From Eledone cirrhosa (Eukaryota), in assembly GCA_964016885.1 (NCBI GenBank), contig OZ024741.1, positions 265,670,001 to 265,734,000 of the forward strand: a DNA stretch of 64,000 nucleotides, in the 5' to 3' direction. Below, one piece after another: positions 1-12,057 of the stretch. The notes beneath the pieces were generated by a model, which saw only the letters and a list, made by a program, of their open reading frames with translations, did no database searches and was not told where the DNA came from. Positions within the stretch are counted from its first letter, which is position 1. Each line of letters starts with the position of its first letter. The translations under genes were made by a program, and so were the position numbers.

Positions 1-470
1 ACTGTCCACCACCCTCATCTCCACCAAAGATGTGATAGCTGTCCTCTTGACTGGACTCTAGTCTCTATTTCACTGTCCACCACCCTCATCTCCACCAAAG
101 ATGTGATAGCTGTCCTCTTGACTGGGCTCTAGTCTCTATTTCAGTGTCCACCACCCTCATCTCCACCAAAGATGTGATATCTTATATTCTTGACTGGACT
201 CTAGTCTCTATTTCACTGTCCACCACCCTCATCTCCACCAAAGATGTGATAGCTGTCCTCTTGACTGGACTCTAGTCTCTATTTCACTGTCCACCACCCT
301 CATCTCCACCAAAGATGTGATAGCTGTCCTCTTGACTGGACTCTAGTCTCTATTTCACTGTCCACCACCCTCATCTCCACCAAAGATGTGATAGCTGTCC
401 TCTTGACTGGACTCTAGTCTCTATTTCACTGTCCATCACCCTCATCTCCACCAACGATTTAATATCTTAT
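1..470. repeat. Minisatellite, ~71-bp unit, ~6.5 copies (runs off window start)
   Basis: Unit actgtccaccaccctcatctccaccaaagatgtgatagctgtcctcttgactggactctagtctctatttc recurs at 1, 72, 143, 215, 286, 357 and 428. A diverged partial unit lies at ~795-845. Confidence 0.95.
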
Positions 471-490
471 CTTGTGGACTGAAAAAAGAC

Positions 491-650
491 GGCGGATTGG
501 CAGAGTCGTTAGAACGTCGGATAGAATGCTTTATGTTATTCGTTTTACCTCTCTAATCTCTGAGTTCAAATCCTGCCGAGGTCAACTTTGCCTTTCATCC
601 ATTCGAGGTCATTAAAAAAATACCAGTCTAGTACTGAGGTCAATTCTTCC
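491..650 (+). mobile_element. tRNA-derived SINE (abundant family in this window)
   Basis: A-box-like TGGCAGAGTCG (498) and B-box GAGTTCAAATCC (562), followed by the conserved central block ctttgcctttcatcc...aaataccagt shared with about 10 other copies in the window. Confidence 0.85.
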
Positions 651-1509
651 GCTATATCTCTTTCTCACTTCTATTCTCTCACTTTCTATCCTACTCAGAC
701 CTGGAGAGATGAGCACCGCTAGGTTTTAAAATGTCCTAGAAATGCCGTATGTCAATATGATGCACCTACGGGACCATGCATGCTTCTGGAATGAACTCTA
801 GTCTCTATTTCACTGTCCAATCCCTCCCCCTATCTCCCACCAAAGCTGCATTCCGGCGATGTGATCGGCTTAAATAACTGTCCGTTGTTGGTAATATCAA
901 ACTTTTTGGTGTGGATTCCAGACTGAACCTTAAACAAAACCATGTGTTAAAAATCACTTCGGAAAGGAAGTCTTCCCTGTTTGATTTATTTACTCTGTTA
1001 AAGAAGTTGGTGATCTGAAGCAAGACGTGAGGTCTGGGGTTGACTTATGTGGGTGTAGTAGAGCGTGTCTGTGACATCGTTAACCTCTCTCTTGTGGGGG
1101 GTCGTGTTGTGGGTAGATGGTTGCTGGTCAACTGCAGCCAGACAAGCCTGGAGTAATGTGACGGTGTGGATATAGAGAAGCATGCCTACGTCTCTGTCAA
1201 TATACCGCTGGTGGAGAGGGGGGGGGGGGGTCAACTGCAGTAAGACAAGCCATTCATCCACCGCCAGAGGGGGGGGGGGGTTAAGGAACACTCCAATGTT
1301 TGTCAACTCCCTTGCTCCCTGTTATCCCCATTCCACCCTCTACTGTCTTCCCCCACCTTCACCCAGTGAATATATCACGTGTCCCGGTCACTGATTTCAC
1401 CTCACGTTGCAGCACAGCTTACACCAACTTATGTAAACTTGTTCTCCACCGAAATGGCGGACAGTTCTCTAGTTGACCGGAAATAGGAAGGAGTGTTAAA
1501 CACTGCTGC

Positions 1510-2120
1510 TGTAGTTGTGGTGGTGGTGGTGGTGGTGGTGGTGTTGATGGTGGTGGTGGTGGTGGTGATGGCGCTGGTGGTGGTGGTGACGGTGGTGGTG
1601 GTGTTGGTGGTAGTGTTGCTGTTGGCGGTGATGGTGGTGTTGGTGGTGGTGTTGGTGGTGGTGGTGATGGTGGTGATGGTGGTGATGATGGTGGTGTTGA
1701 TGGTGGTGTTGGTGTTAATGGTGGTGTTGATGGTGGTGATGGTGGTGGTGATGATGGTGGTGGTGGTGATGGTGGTGATGATGGTGGTGTTGATGGTGGT
1801 GTTGGTGTTGATGGTGGTGTTGATGGTGGTGGTGATGGTGGTGGTGGTGGTGGTGATGGTGTTGATGATGGGGTTAGTGGTGTTGGTGGTGGTGGTGGTG
1901 ATGTTGATGGTGGTGGTGGTGATGGCGGTGGTGGTGATGGTGGTGGTGGTGTTGGTGGTGTGTTTGGTGGTGGCTTTGGTGATGTTGGTGTTAGTGATGA
2001 TGATTTCAGTGTTGGTTTTGGTGTCGGTGATGGTGGTATTGTTGATGGTGTTCGTGGTGTCGGTGGTGGTTTTGGTAGTGTCTGTGGTAATGGTGGTGGT
2101 GTTGGTGGTGGTGTCGGTGT
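1510..2120. repeat. Degenerate (GGT)n microsatellite
   Basis: Directly visible; explains the poly-Val ORF 1493..2374. Confidence 0.95.
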
Positions 2121-2313
2121 TTATATTCGAAGTGTGTAACGTGCAAATATGTGTGTTTGCGGTAGTGACTGAGTGTGCGTTCGGTGGATTAGGAGCGTTA
2201 TTTGGATCAAAGATGTTTGTATATAATTGCGTAAGTACGTTTGTATATTCTCTCTCTCCTTCTCACTCACTCACTCACACACACACGCATTGGTACACAG
2301 ACACATACGACTG

Positions 2314-2359
<46 letters not shown>

Positions 2360-2759
2360 TATATTAAAATATAGAGAAAAATACTGCAGGTAGCACATGG
2401 ATAACATGTAATAAAATAAGTCCCTCATCAGTGATTTGCCGAAGATCATAGATATTTCATTGCATTAAAAATCATATATCTCACTTCGGTGCAATAATAA
2501 CCAAAATAAGTTATTAGGACAATTAAAACGCGTAAAGCGAGTGAGACAGGAGAACAACCGAAAGTATAGCATACCGTAGGGGATAGAAACAAGCTTCAAA
2601 AATTATTCTGTTTAGCGTAAGCTAGGTGAATATATGAGCGCTTAGAGAATAGAACCTACACGAACGAGGGCTATGAGCAGAGAGAGAAAAATATAGCGTT
2701 CGTGAGTGCAGGATGAAATGAAGAGAAGAGGGAATATGTAAAAGTTCTATTTAAAGTTG

Positions 2760-3080
2760 TTGGGATACAACAAGCAAATATTTTTATAACTGATATAAAG
2801 CACTCAACAAATAATTGGAGTAAAAATACGATATTAACAAATGGAAACTATATTTATAAAACCATATTTATTTCATTATACATATTTCAAGGACACCAAG
2901 TTAAATTGTGGTGTGCTTTCATCAGATAAAATATAATATAGAGCAGTTTTATAAATAAATATTGACATACCCTTAAAGAATGCAACCATTACTGTTGGAA
3001 GCTCCCGGAAATGTGTCGAAATGTGAGCAAGGAAGGAATTCCGCACTTGTGCGGAATTCCTTCCTTGCTCACATTTCGAC
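2760..3080 (-). mobile_element. Family F short element with degenerate hammerhead and 5' fold-back
   Basis: Minus strand reads ttatCTGATGA aagcacacca-loop-tggtgtcctt GAAA tatgtataa (2876-2929). A perfect 32-bp-arm hairpin lies at 3015-3080, and a related sequence at ~41025-41130. Confidence 0.55.
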
Positions 3081-3400
3081 TAGGTTTGATGGTCTTTATT
3101 CTCTCTCGTTCACGATTTCACAGAACTTATATTCATGAAAATCTGGGACTTGACTCCTTCTTCCTCATTTTTCGTTGCATTACCATCTTTGTTTGTTTAC
3201 AGTCTCGCTCGTTCCCCTTATTTACGTGTCCCAACGACTTTCTTTAGCCGTTGCTAGCACCAACCGGAGGTATATGGTCTTTAAAGCGATGAAATACCAA
3301 TGAAGGTTGGAAGATCACTGATGAAGGACTAACTTTATTCATATGTAACCCATTTGCAACCACGCAGCACGTTTGTTTATATATATATATATATATATAT

Positions 3401-3605
3401 AGTAATAATAATAAATTTGAAGACTAAAATCCAAAGAGGGCTCGATAAGGATAAATATATATCAAATATATAAGAACCGTAGAGCAAATATTTATTAAAA
3501 TAACAGATTAAAGTTTAAGCAAAGAATCGCTGCTTTCACCCTTAACGGGATCTTCTTAAGGGTGAAAGCAGCGATTCTTTGCTTAAACTTTAATCTGTTA
3601 TTTTA

Positions 3606-3613
<8 letters not shown>
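3401..3613 (-). mobile_element. Family A element in (TA)n, 5'-truncated with 58-bp fold-back
   Basis: Near-identical to copies at 16535-16714, 41890-42258 and 45206-45643. Arms 3488-3545 and 3556-3613 are reverse complements. Confidence 0.85.
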
Positions 3614-3661
<48 letters not shown>

Positions 3662-3788
3662 ATATATATATATATGTATATTTATATATATGTGTACACA
3701 TATATGTATATATATTTCTTTATATATGTATATTGTAAGAGAATAAACACGGTTTTTGAATAATCAACAAATTAAATAACTCATTGTT

Positions 3789-3853
<65 letters not shown>

Positions 3854-3859
<6 letters not shown>

Positions 3860-4076
3860 GGTAAAGAGAAATAACAACACAATCGGTACAGTATATGGAA
3901 GGGATATATTAGGTTAACGCTTGAAATAGCAGGAAGAGGCTCTTAACGTTTCGGACGCTAGTCCTTCATCAGAAGAAAGGATGAGAAATAAGATATATAG
4001 AGGGGACGGGCGGGTTGGAATTGGAAAAAATGCCTTGAGATAAAAAATAACTAGTTCATTCATGTTGACATCTCTA
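3854..4076 (-). mobile_element. Solo 3' terminal repeat (pLTR) fragment of the Neptune-type PLE, with minimal hammerhead
   Basis: Matches 12738-12958. Minus strand reads tcttCTGATGA a ggac-tagc-gtcc GAAA cgtt aaga (3941-3976). Confidence 0.85.
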
Positions 4077-4079
4077 CGC

Positions 4080-4119
<40 letters not shown>

Positions 4120-4327
4120 ATGTATATATATATATTAAAAGTAGAAAAAGTGGTAGTAACTTCGAAGTTTCAGCTTAGTGGTTTCATCTAGCTGCGTTCT
4201 GTTGAGGCTTTGAATGTCTTATATAGCTTTATGTGGTAGTAGGAGGAACGTGAGAGAATCTGTTTTTATGTAATTGGATGTCACATGTGTGTTGATAGCA
4301 TTGATGATTGGTTAATCTAAGCTGCTT

Positions 4328-4582
4328 GTGTGTGTGTGTGAATGTAGGAGTAGTCTGCATGTGTGTAGATATTGTGCGTGTAGACGTAGCATGTGTATAT
4401 GAGTGGTGTATATGAGAGAGAGAGAGGGATGGTGTGTGTGCGTGTGACTAGTGTGTGTGTAAGTAGTGTGCTTAAGAGAGTGTCTTAAATTCCAGCCCCC
4501 TTTTTTTTGAAACCCTCCCAAATCACCTCACACACACACACACACACACAACCACATGCACTTTTGAGTACATGTGGTTGTG

Positions 4583-4635
<53 letters not shown>

Positions 4636-4910
4636 TTGTGTGTGAGTGCTTGTGGTTGTGTGTGTGTGTGTGTGGTTGTGTGCGTGTGTGTGTGTGAGGT
4701 GATTTGGGAGGGTTTAAAAAAAGGGGGGGATGGAATTTGAGACGCTCTCTTAAACACACTACTTACACACACACTAGTCACACGCACACACATACACACC
4801 GTCCCCCCCTCTCTCTCTCTCTCTCATACACACCACTCACACACACATGCTACTTCTACACGCACAATATCTACACACATGCAGACTACTCCTACATTCA
4901 CACACACACA
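4328..4910. mobile_element. Fold-back/MITE-like element with ~230-bp imperfect inverted arms
   Basis: 4328-4556 is the reverse complement of 4671-4910 (e.g. gaatgtaggagtagtctgcatgtgtgtagatattgtgcgtgtaga vs tctacacgcacaatatctacacacatgcagactactcctacattc), with a (GT)n spacer. Confidence 0.75.
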
Positions 4911-5697
4911 GTAGTCTAACAATACAGACAGGGTGGAGACACAGAGATTTGTGTCAAAAGTTATAATGTAACTTTCTATAATACATGGTTTACAAACTTT
5001 TGTCTGACGAAAGTCTGGGCTTCACTTACCTCGAAACATGTGTAGCATTGATTTGTAGACGTTATACTAAATAAAGACACAGGCACACACTGCTCACTTT
5101 GTACTATAAAACGACACACACATATATATGTATATTCTTTCCCAGGGTTATACTAGAACAACCAATAATATCCTAGCAGGTTAAGCCAGCAATCTGGTTT
5201 CCATTCCTAACTACAGTACTACAGCAAACTTCTCTTCTGCTGTTAATGCGTTTTGTGAAAGGATAAGATGTTATTATATCTCACTTCCTCTCGTCACGAA
5301 AAGAAATAAAAATCTGTGTCCTTGTGCCTCCTAAGTGAAAAATCAATATGAATCCATTAGCTGCCTCCTCAGCTTATCTGCATCTACAACATCTCAACTT
5401 CCTCTTCTCACTGACTTGATTTCCTCACTGGGGAGAACATGTGTGGTGCTTGCTTGCTGAAATATAAGTAGATCGATACGGCGATCCTTTCGATGTTAAA
5501 CCCAGGTGTTCCCTCATAACCTCTCTCCCCATCCAACCAAATTGTTTTAAAGCAGAGCTCGAAATACTTTCTAATACAAAATTGATTAATTCACACGTTC
5601 CGTGGTATATTATGTAACTTTCACAATTTTCATCGATCACTAATTGCTCTAATTGCTAAATCTATACCAGCAGGTGATTTATTATGGTTATTGACTG

Positions 5698-5743
<46 letters not shown>

Positions 5744-6289
5744 CTGTCTGTGTGTGTGTAATATCAGCAGGAAAATACATAGAGAAAAACAGTTACATAA
5801 GATAAACAAACAACTGTATCTCTACCTTTTCAACCACCTTCATGTTTGCACTTTCGCGCATTAAGGGGGGGATTGCACATACAACACCCGCTTGCAGAAG
5901 AGGCTGGAGAAACGTTCTGTTGGGATTCACGTGAGACCATATCACAACCCAGAAATACATAAAAATAATACGGCTTTCATCATCATCATCATCTTTATTT
6001 AAGGTCCATTACACACACACACACGCACACACACACGCACAGGCACACGCACACGCACACGCACACATATTCAGAGGTTCGACGAGCTTTTGATTCCAGA
6101 ATCGGGCCAGATCGATGCAGATCAAACCTTTAGCTGATCAATCGCGAAACGCGCGTCACAGGTAAAGAAACGTAATGAGGATCTAACACTTCGTCATTTT
6201 TATTATTAGTATTACACTCTGCTTAGTACAACACCAATATACCTACTGGAAACTACGCATTGAGTAACTAGACGTTACAATCCCTATAT

Positions 6290-6344
<55 letters not shown>

Positions 6345-6388
6345 TATATATATATGTATATGTATATATATGTGTATATATGTGTATA

Positions 6389-6446
6389 CTAGCAGAATGA
6401 CCCGAAGTTGCTCGGGATTCTAAGCATAGATTGGCATGTTTATCCC
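6389..6446 (-). mobile_element. Helitron 3' end fragment
   Basis: Minus strand cccga-gcaact-tcggg hairpin followed by tcattctgCTAG|t, the same architecture as 17668-17697. Confidence 0.6.
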
Positions 6447-6473
6447 TTATTATTATTATTATTATTATTATTA

Positions 6474-9400
6474 CAGCTGCATTTATCTTGCTTTATGTTC
6501 ATACGAGTTATCACCAAGTCACAACCAGTGACCTCAAGAGACAACAAGGTCCGTCAAGAAAGAACATACATACACACACATGCATCTTTAGGTGTTTAGA
6601 CTTGTGATGTACTTATATTGACAGAATCTTCTTTAGTATATGGGCAGTTCCCATTAGTACTATCTTTTGTATTTCTCCTATACGCGGGTTTCCTGGGATT
6701 TGTGATAAGTAATCATTAGACCCCTTAGGTATCATTCCCAGAGCGCCTACAACCACTGGTATTGTTTTAGTTCTCAATTTCCACATTTTTCCAATTTCTA
6801 TCTCCAGGTCCTTATACTTGCTCAATTTTTCAAATGTTTTTATGGATACATTCTTGTCTATTGGAACGGACATATCAATTAGCAGGCATACCCTCTTTTT
6901 AAAGTCCTTCAGTATTATATCAGGTCTATTTGCATCTATTTTTCGGTCTGTTTGGATGCTAAAGTTCCACAAGATTGAGATGTGATCTTTTTCAAGTATG
7001 GGAGGTGGTTGATGCTCCCACCAATTCTTTTGATGGGGCAGGTCAAAATGCTTCACATTATTCAATGTATGTATTGTGCAGCTCTGTCATGCCTGTTTAG
7101 GTATTCGGTTGGCGTTATAGGACTGCACATTGAAATTATATAGTCAATGGTCTCTGGTTGTTTTTTGCATACACGGCATAATGGGCTTCATCCATTTTTT
7201 ATTATGTTGGCTTGGTAATTTTTTGTTGGCAGACACTGATCTTGTGCTGATATAATCAGTCCTTCAGTCTCCGATTTCAGTCCAGAGGATGCCAACTACT
7301 GATGGGTTAAAGTTTTGTCAACATCAGGATTGTTAACTCTTTCTGGGTATTTTCCACACAGAGGCTTTTCTTGCCATTTCTTAGCCAGTTTCTGTAGCAG
7401 TTCTTTCTTTGCAGTTACTTTCACCTGCTTTGCTTTTTCTGTTTTCCATTTCAGCAGTAAATGGGACTTCTGAAATTTGTAGTCTATTACTGTATATTTG
7501 TGCATCTTTTGTAATGGAGTATGATCTTTTGATGCTTTCGTGTTTCCAAACGAGTTTGATCATCCAATCATATGATTCCCTTAGGTATGTAGATAATCCA
7601 ATTGTTGCAGTTTTCAACGCAATATCTAACTGGATTAACCCACGTCCTCCTTCTTCCCTAGGGAGATATATTATATCTGTATCTGCCTTAGGGTGATGCA
7701 TTCTGTGCATGGTTAAGCATTTTCTAATTTTTGTATCGAGCCTACGGATCTCTGTGCTTGACCAGTTGATTACATTGTAACTGTAGGTTACTACTGGTAT
7801 GGCAAGCGTGTTTATGGCATCGATCCTATTCCTTGCATTCAATTCCGTTCTTAAGATTGCTCTTACTCTGCGGTAACATTCCTTCCTTATCCTTTCCCTC
7901 ATTGTCGAGTGCTTTATTCCGTCTCCTTCACAAACACCTAGATATTTGTAAGTTTCCTCTTGATCAAGTTCTCTTATCACATTCCCCCGATCAAGATTAA
8001 TGTCTGAACTTTTCAGCAGCTTTCCTCTGGTGAACGTTGCTTTGGCGTATTTATCTAGTCCAAACTCCATTTTAATGTCATCACTGAACTGCTCCACAGT
8101 GGATAATAGCCCTTGCAATTGTTCATCATTTTTTGCAAATAGTTTCAGGTCATCCATGTAGAACAAGTGATTAATGGTTTTGTCATAGACTTTATATCCA
8201 TGTTTTGTTTCATTGAGCATTTTACTTAATGGTATAAGTGCGATGCAGAATAAAAGCGGTGATAAAGAGTCACCCTGAAAAATTCCACAATTAATATTAA
8301 CTTCTCCAACTTCCAGTGATTTTGTTTCACTATTCAAAAGGAGTGTCGTTTTCCATGTCTTCATACTGAATGACAAGAACCTCCTGACAACGGGAGATAT
8401 TTTGAAAATCTCTAAACATTTTTCAATCCAACTGCCATGCTTTTTTATAATCTATCCAAGCAATTGATATATTTTTGTATCTATTATGACAATCTTCCAG
8501 TATCATTTTGTTAACCAAAAGCTGATCCTTACAGCCACATGAGCCTCGTTTACACCCTTTCTGCTCATTGGGAAATAGGTCATTTGTTATCAGGCGGTCA
8601 TATGTATATTCAGTTAGGACTGATGTTAAAATTTTATACATTGTGGTCAAGCAAGTTATCGGTCTGTAATTTTTGGGATTGTTTGTCTCATCATTCTTTG
8701 GAAGCAGGAATGTAATGCCGTTAACTAGCCATGATGGTATCTTTTCTGGCTCCTTAACTATTTCATTGTAAAGTTGGGCTAACAGCTCATGAGACTCTGT
8801 GAAGGCATTTATCCAAAAATTTGGTATTTTGTCTTTTCCTGGGGATTTCCATTTGTTGGTTTTTCTAAGAGCCAAACGCAACTGTTCAACTGTTATATTT
8901 TCCCATATTTGTTCCTCAAGGTGAGCTGTATCTTTCATTTGTCTGTCTATCCATGGGGCATGTATATTATGAACTTTTTCTTCGGCCCAGATCTTTTCCC
9001 AGAATTCTTGCACTTCCTCCTTGGGTGGTATTGATTTAGCAGTTATTGTTGACTTACCAATTTTTCTGTAGAAGTTTCTTTGGTTGTTTTTGAACATATT
9101 ATTGTCCTTATAGAATCTAGATCGTTTTTCAAAGCGCCTTAGACGAGCAGCTTTGGCCGACACTTTTTGCTTGATTATTTCTATCAGCATGTCTATGTCA
9201 CTTGTTGATTTTATACTGTATTTTCTTTTCAATTTTCTAAGTTTAGTTTGTTTAACATGTTCACCTACTTTGTAGTTTGTTAAAATTTCTATGTCAGATC
9301 GGAGAAAGTTTATTTGGCGATTGATGTTCTCTTGCCAAGTAGATTTCTTGTGGGAATTCCTTTGTTTTTTCATCTTCACTCCACATAAGTGAATGGTGAC

Positions 9401-10262
9401 TTTAGCCGATGCATAGTAGAGATGATTTAAATCAGTAATGTTTAGTTTGTTTGTGATGATAATGTTTTTGAGAATTATGTTAGTCTTATGTATTATCTTT
9501 TGGTTCTGTTTGGAGTTCTGGATCTTAGGGAGGGTGTCTCGTTCCCCCATGTCAGATTCTTTCATTTTCATCCATTCGATCATAATTTCATCCTTCAAGT
9601 TGGCAAGTTCATTCTCATTCATTTCTTTATCATTTACGATCTCATTGTTTTCATTTTGAGTTTCATCTTGAGCATGCATTCCCTCCACTTTTTCGATCCT
9701 TTCTTTAATTTGTTCTGTTGTCAGTGATTGCGCCCCAACCTGGGATTCGAAGCGTTACAATTTACCTCGTTTTCACTGACACATGTTTCATTTTCCCTTC
9801 GCTGACTTTGTGCTAATAGCTTGATCTGATCAATTTCTATATCAGTTAGTAACTTTTTTTTAACAATATTTCTTCGTATATTGGCTAGTGTGTTACTGTC
9901 AATATAACCTCTGTTTTCGGGATGTTTCTTTTCCCAGTTGATATATGTCTGTTCTGTATTCGATGTATTTGATGGGTAGTACATGGCAGTGTAGAAAGCC
10001 TCAAGGACTTCTTTATTATCTTCCCTTGACCATTTTTCTCTCTTTTTCTTTGGATTTCTTGGTGGTGAGCATGGAAGGCCAACAGTAGGAGTATTCCGGT
10101 TATGGGAGGTCTCCAGCTCCGAAGTGATGGGAAGGTTTGAACCATTAGTTGATTTTTCGACCCCAGTCTGGTTCCTCTCTGAGGCACGCGGCCCTTTTTG
10201 ACCCGGGTGACGGCCGATCCGGTATGAGATTTTATCATTTGACATTTACTTTATTTTGTCGC

Positions 10263-10263
<1 letters not shown>
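6474..10263 (-). mobile_element. R4/Dong-clade non-LTR retrotransposon (RT + restriction-like endonuclease), near full length, frameshifted, inserted in (TAA)n
   Basis: Successive ORFs 9721-10245 (KREKWSREDNKEV N-terminus), 8423-9688 (KSPGKD, NYRPITCL, IDYKKA), 7381-8376 (GIFQGDSLSPLLF, LFYMDDLK, YKYLG, GGRGL), a CCHC-type finger near 7120-7180, and 6613-7065 (RPDII..LIDMSVP..KLSKY). (TTA)n lies on both flanks. Confidence 0.95.
6613..10245 (-). pseudogene. Broken RT-RLE polyprotein ORF of the R4/Dong element
   Basis: Collinear RT and RLE motifs are split across five ORF pieces by frameshifts or stops near 9700, 8400, 7440 and 7070-7300. Confidence 0.9.
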
Positions 10264-10310
<47 letters not shown>

Positions 10311-10705
10311 GTTCTTTGAGTCTCAGTTATTGATGTTAGTTAACTGGAAAGTTTGTTGAAATGAATATCAAGCCACTACCTGCAGCCTCAGATATTCAGG
10401 ACGTATCGGAGGGTTCTTGCTGTTCCCAGCAAGCATGCCTTTTGAAGCGTTCCAAAAAGCGGGGCGGGGCCAATTTTCTGTAACCATCCCTGGAAACTTT
10501 TTGAGATAGTACCTAGTGCGTCTATGATAATCGGGACCACTTTGACTTCATGGCAGTTCCAAATCCTTTTTACCTCCCACTTTAAGTCCTGGTATCGGTT
10601 AATTTTCTCCCTCTCCTTCTCTTGCACTCTCGTGTCGAATGGGCAGGCCACATCCACAATCAGGCACGATCTTTTTTCCTTGTCCAAAACCACCAGGTCA
10701 GGTCT
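10311..10705 (-). mobile_element. Second R4/Dong-type family, 5'-truncated (RLE domain + 3' UTR), in the same (TAA)n tract
   Basis: RPDLVVLDKEKRSCLIVDVACPFD..EKINRYQDL..VVPIIIDALG..LQKACLLGTA, with TTA repeats on both sides. Confidence 0.9.
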
Positions 10706-10719
10706 ATAATTATTATTAT

Positions 10720-11263
10720 GCTGAGTCCATCGTGAGGATTGCTCCGCCCTCTTCCTTTAGCCGGGAAGGGCAGGCAGTTTTTATCTGTCTGGTGGCCATG
10801 GCGAAAGAGATAGTATGGTGGACACGTTTGAAAGGGCTGAAGACGAGCACTTACCTCTTCGGTGATGCCCTGATTGACTTTTTCAAATTTCATTTGAAAA
10901 GGAAAATCAGGGTAGAGAGGGAAGTGCTCTCTTCCCAGCATTTTGTTGAAAGATGGGTGAGAGAAGCAAGAATGGCCCGAGTGAATGGGTCTACTCTGAG
11001 TATGTGTCTGTAAATTAAAGGTGGAAAACTGGGAGAGGGCATTTGCCCTGGTGGTCAGGGTCACTGTGGCCTTTTAATGGGCTTTCTCCACAAATGTCCC
11101 TCCGAAGTCTCCCCCCTATTGGGGAATTTTTCATTGTTATTTTTATTACATCCTCTGTTTTTTTTTTTTTTACACGCAGAAATGCCCATTTGTACCGTCC
11201 TGTATTGTCCTGTACTGTCCTTAATGTCTACTTTATGTAAACCCTTGTGGTTAATAAAGAAAG

Positions 11264-11265
<2 letters not shown>
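10720..11265 (+). mobile_element. 3' end of a Tx1/L1-like LINE (ORF2 C-terminus + 3' UTR)
   Basis: LVAMAKEIVWWTR...FVERW resembles Tx1/L1 ORF2 C-termini. It ends cccttgtggttAATAAAgaa, and the same terminus occurs on the minus strand at ~39990-40010. Confidence 0.55.
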
Positions 11266-11323
<58 letters not shown>

Positions 11324-11526
11324 CACTATTTGTACAAATATGCAGCTTAACAAAATTCTGCATATCCGCAATTGATAATGCATTTAATACTGAAACCGGT
11401 ATTGTAAATAAATTAATTTTTGACATCTCACTGAAAAAATCTCTTCAACATTTTCTACTGAAAGAATCTTTTTCCTTTCTACTACTTATTTTTATATATA
11501 TCAACTCGTGTGTTACTTTTCTACAT

Positions 11527-11595
<69 letters not shown>

Positions 11596-11856
11596 AAATT
11601 AACTCGAAAATAGAGTTTTGAGACGCGAGTGTATAAGGATTCTCAGGGAAATGGGAAAACTCGGCGTATGGAAGCTGTTAAAATATTACCTCGAAGGACA
11701 GAGATCAGCGGCTAGATGTGAGTTGACTCGAAAGAAGGAAGAGAAGATAGGAAGGAGGAAAAACAATGGATAAAAGCGAACATGTCACAAACATTAAAAT
11801 GTGCTCGTCAGATCTCAACCTCCTGCAGTTGATATATATATATATATATTAATAAT

Positions 11857-12010
11857 GGTCGGAAATAGCCGTCGAAATAGTCCAGAAATAGCCGTCGAAA
11901 CGGCTTGAGCTCTGCCGTCGGGGTCATACTTTTTCCTATTTCCCACTCTACTACCCAAAGTATTGAGTACTCTGGTGCGTTATGGTCCATTTGCTTCCTT
12001 ACCACAATTC

Positions 12011-12015
<5 letters not shown>
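11857..12015 (+). mobile_element. Family B element in (TA)n (3' half of a hammerhead)
   Basis: Homologous to 33381-33560, 41558-41822 and 57116-57226. Contains GAAA cggc..gccg TC ggggtc. Confidence 0.8.

Positions 12016-12053
<38 letters not shown>

Positions 12054-12057
<4 letters not shown>

Noticed and set aside
1-470. CRISPR-like array
   Set aside because: Units are wholly repeated with no unique spacers, the context is eukaryotic, and there are no cas genes.
491-580. tRNA gene
   Set aside because: The A/B boxes belong to the SINE head, and no cloverleaf can be formed.
850-1230. Possible CR1/L2-like LINE 3' remnant or host exon on the minus strand
   Set aside because: Only faint motif resemblance (RDV.., FFNRV), too degenerate to call.
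4152-4197. Minus-strand TAGATGA..GAAActtcgaagTT hammerhead-like motif
   Set aside because: The core and stems I/II have several mismatches, so it cannot be supported.
5001-5048. Hammerhead candidate CTGACGA..GAAAcatgtgTA
   Set aside because: Stem II does not close next to the core and stem I is marginal. At best a decayed copy.
11770-11815. Minus-strand CTGACGA box with adjacent hairpin
   Set aside because: No GAAA or stem III follows.
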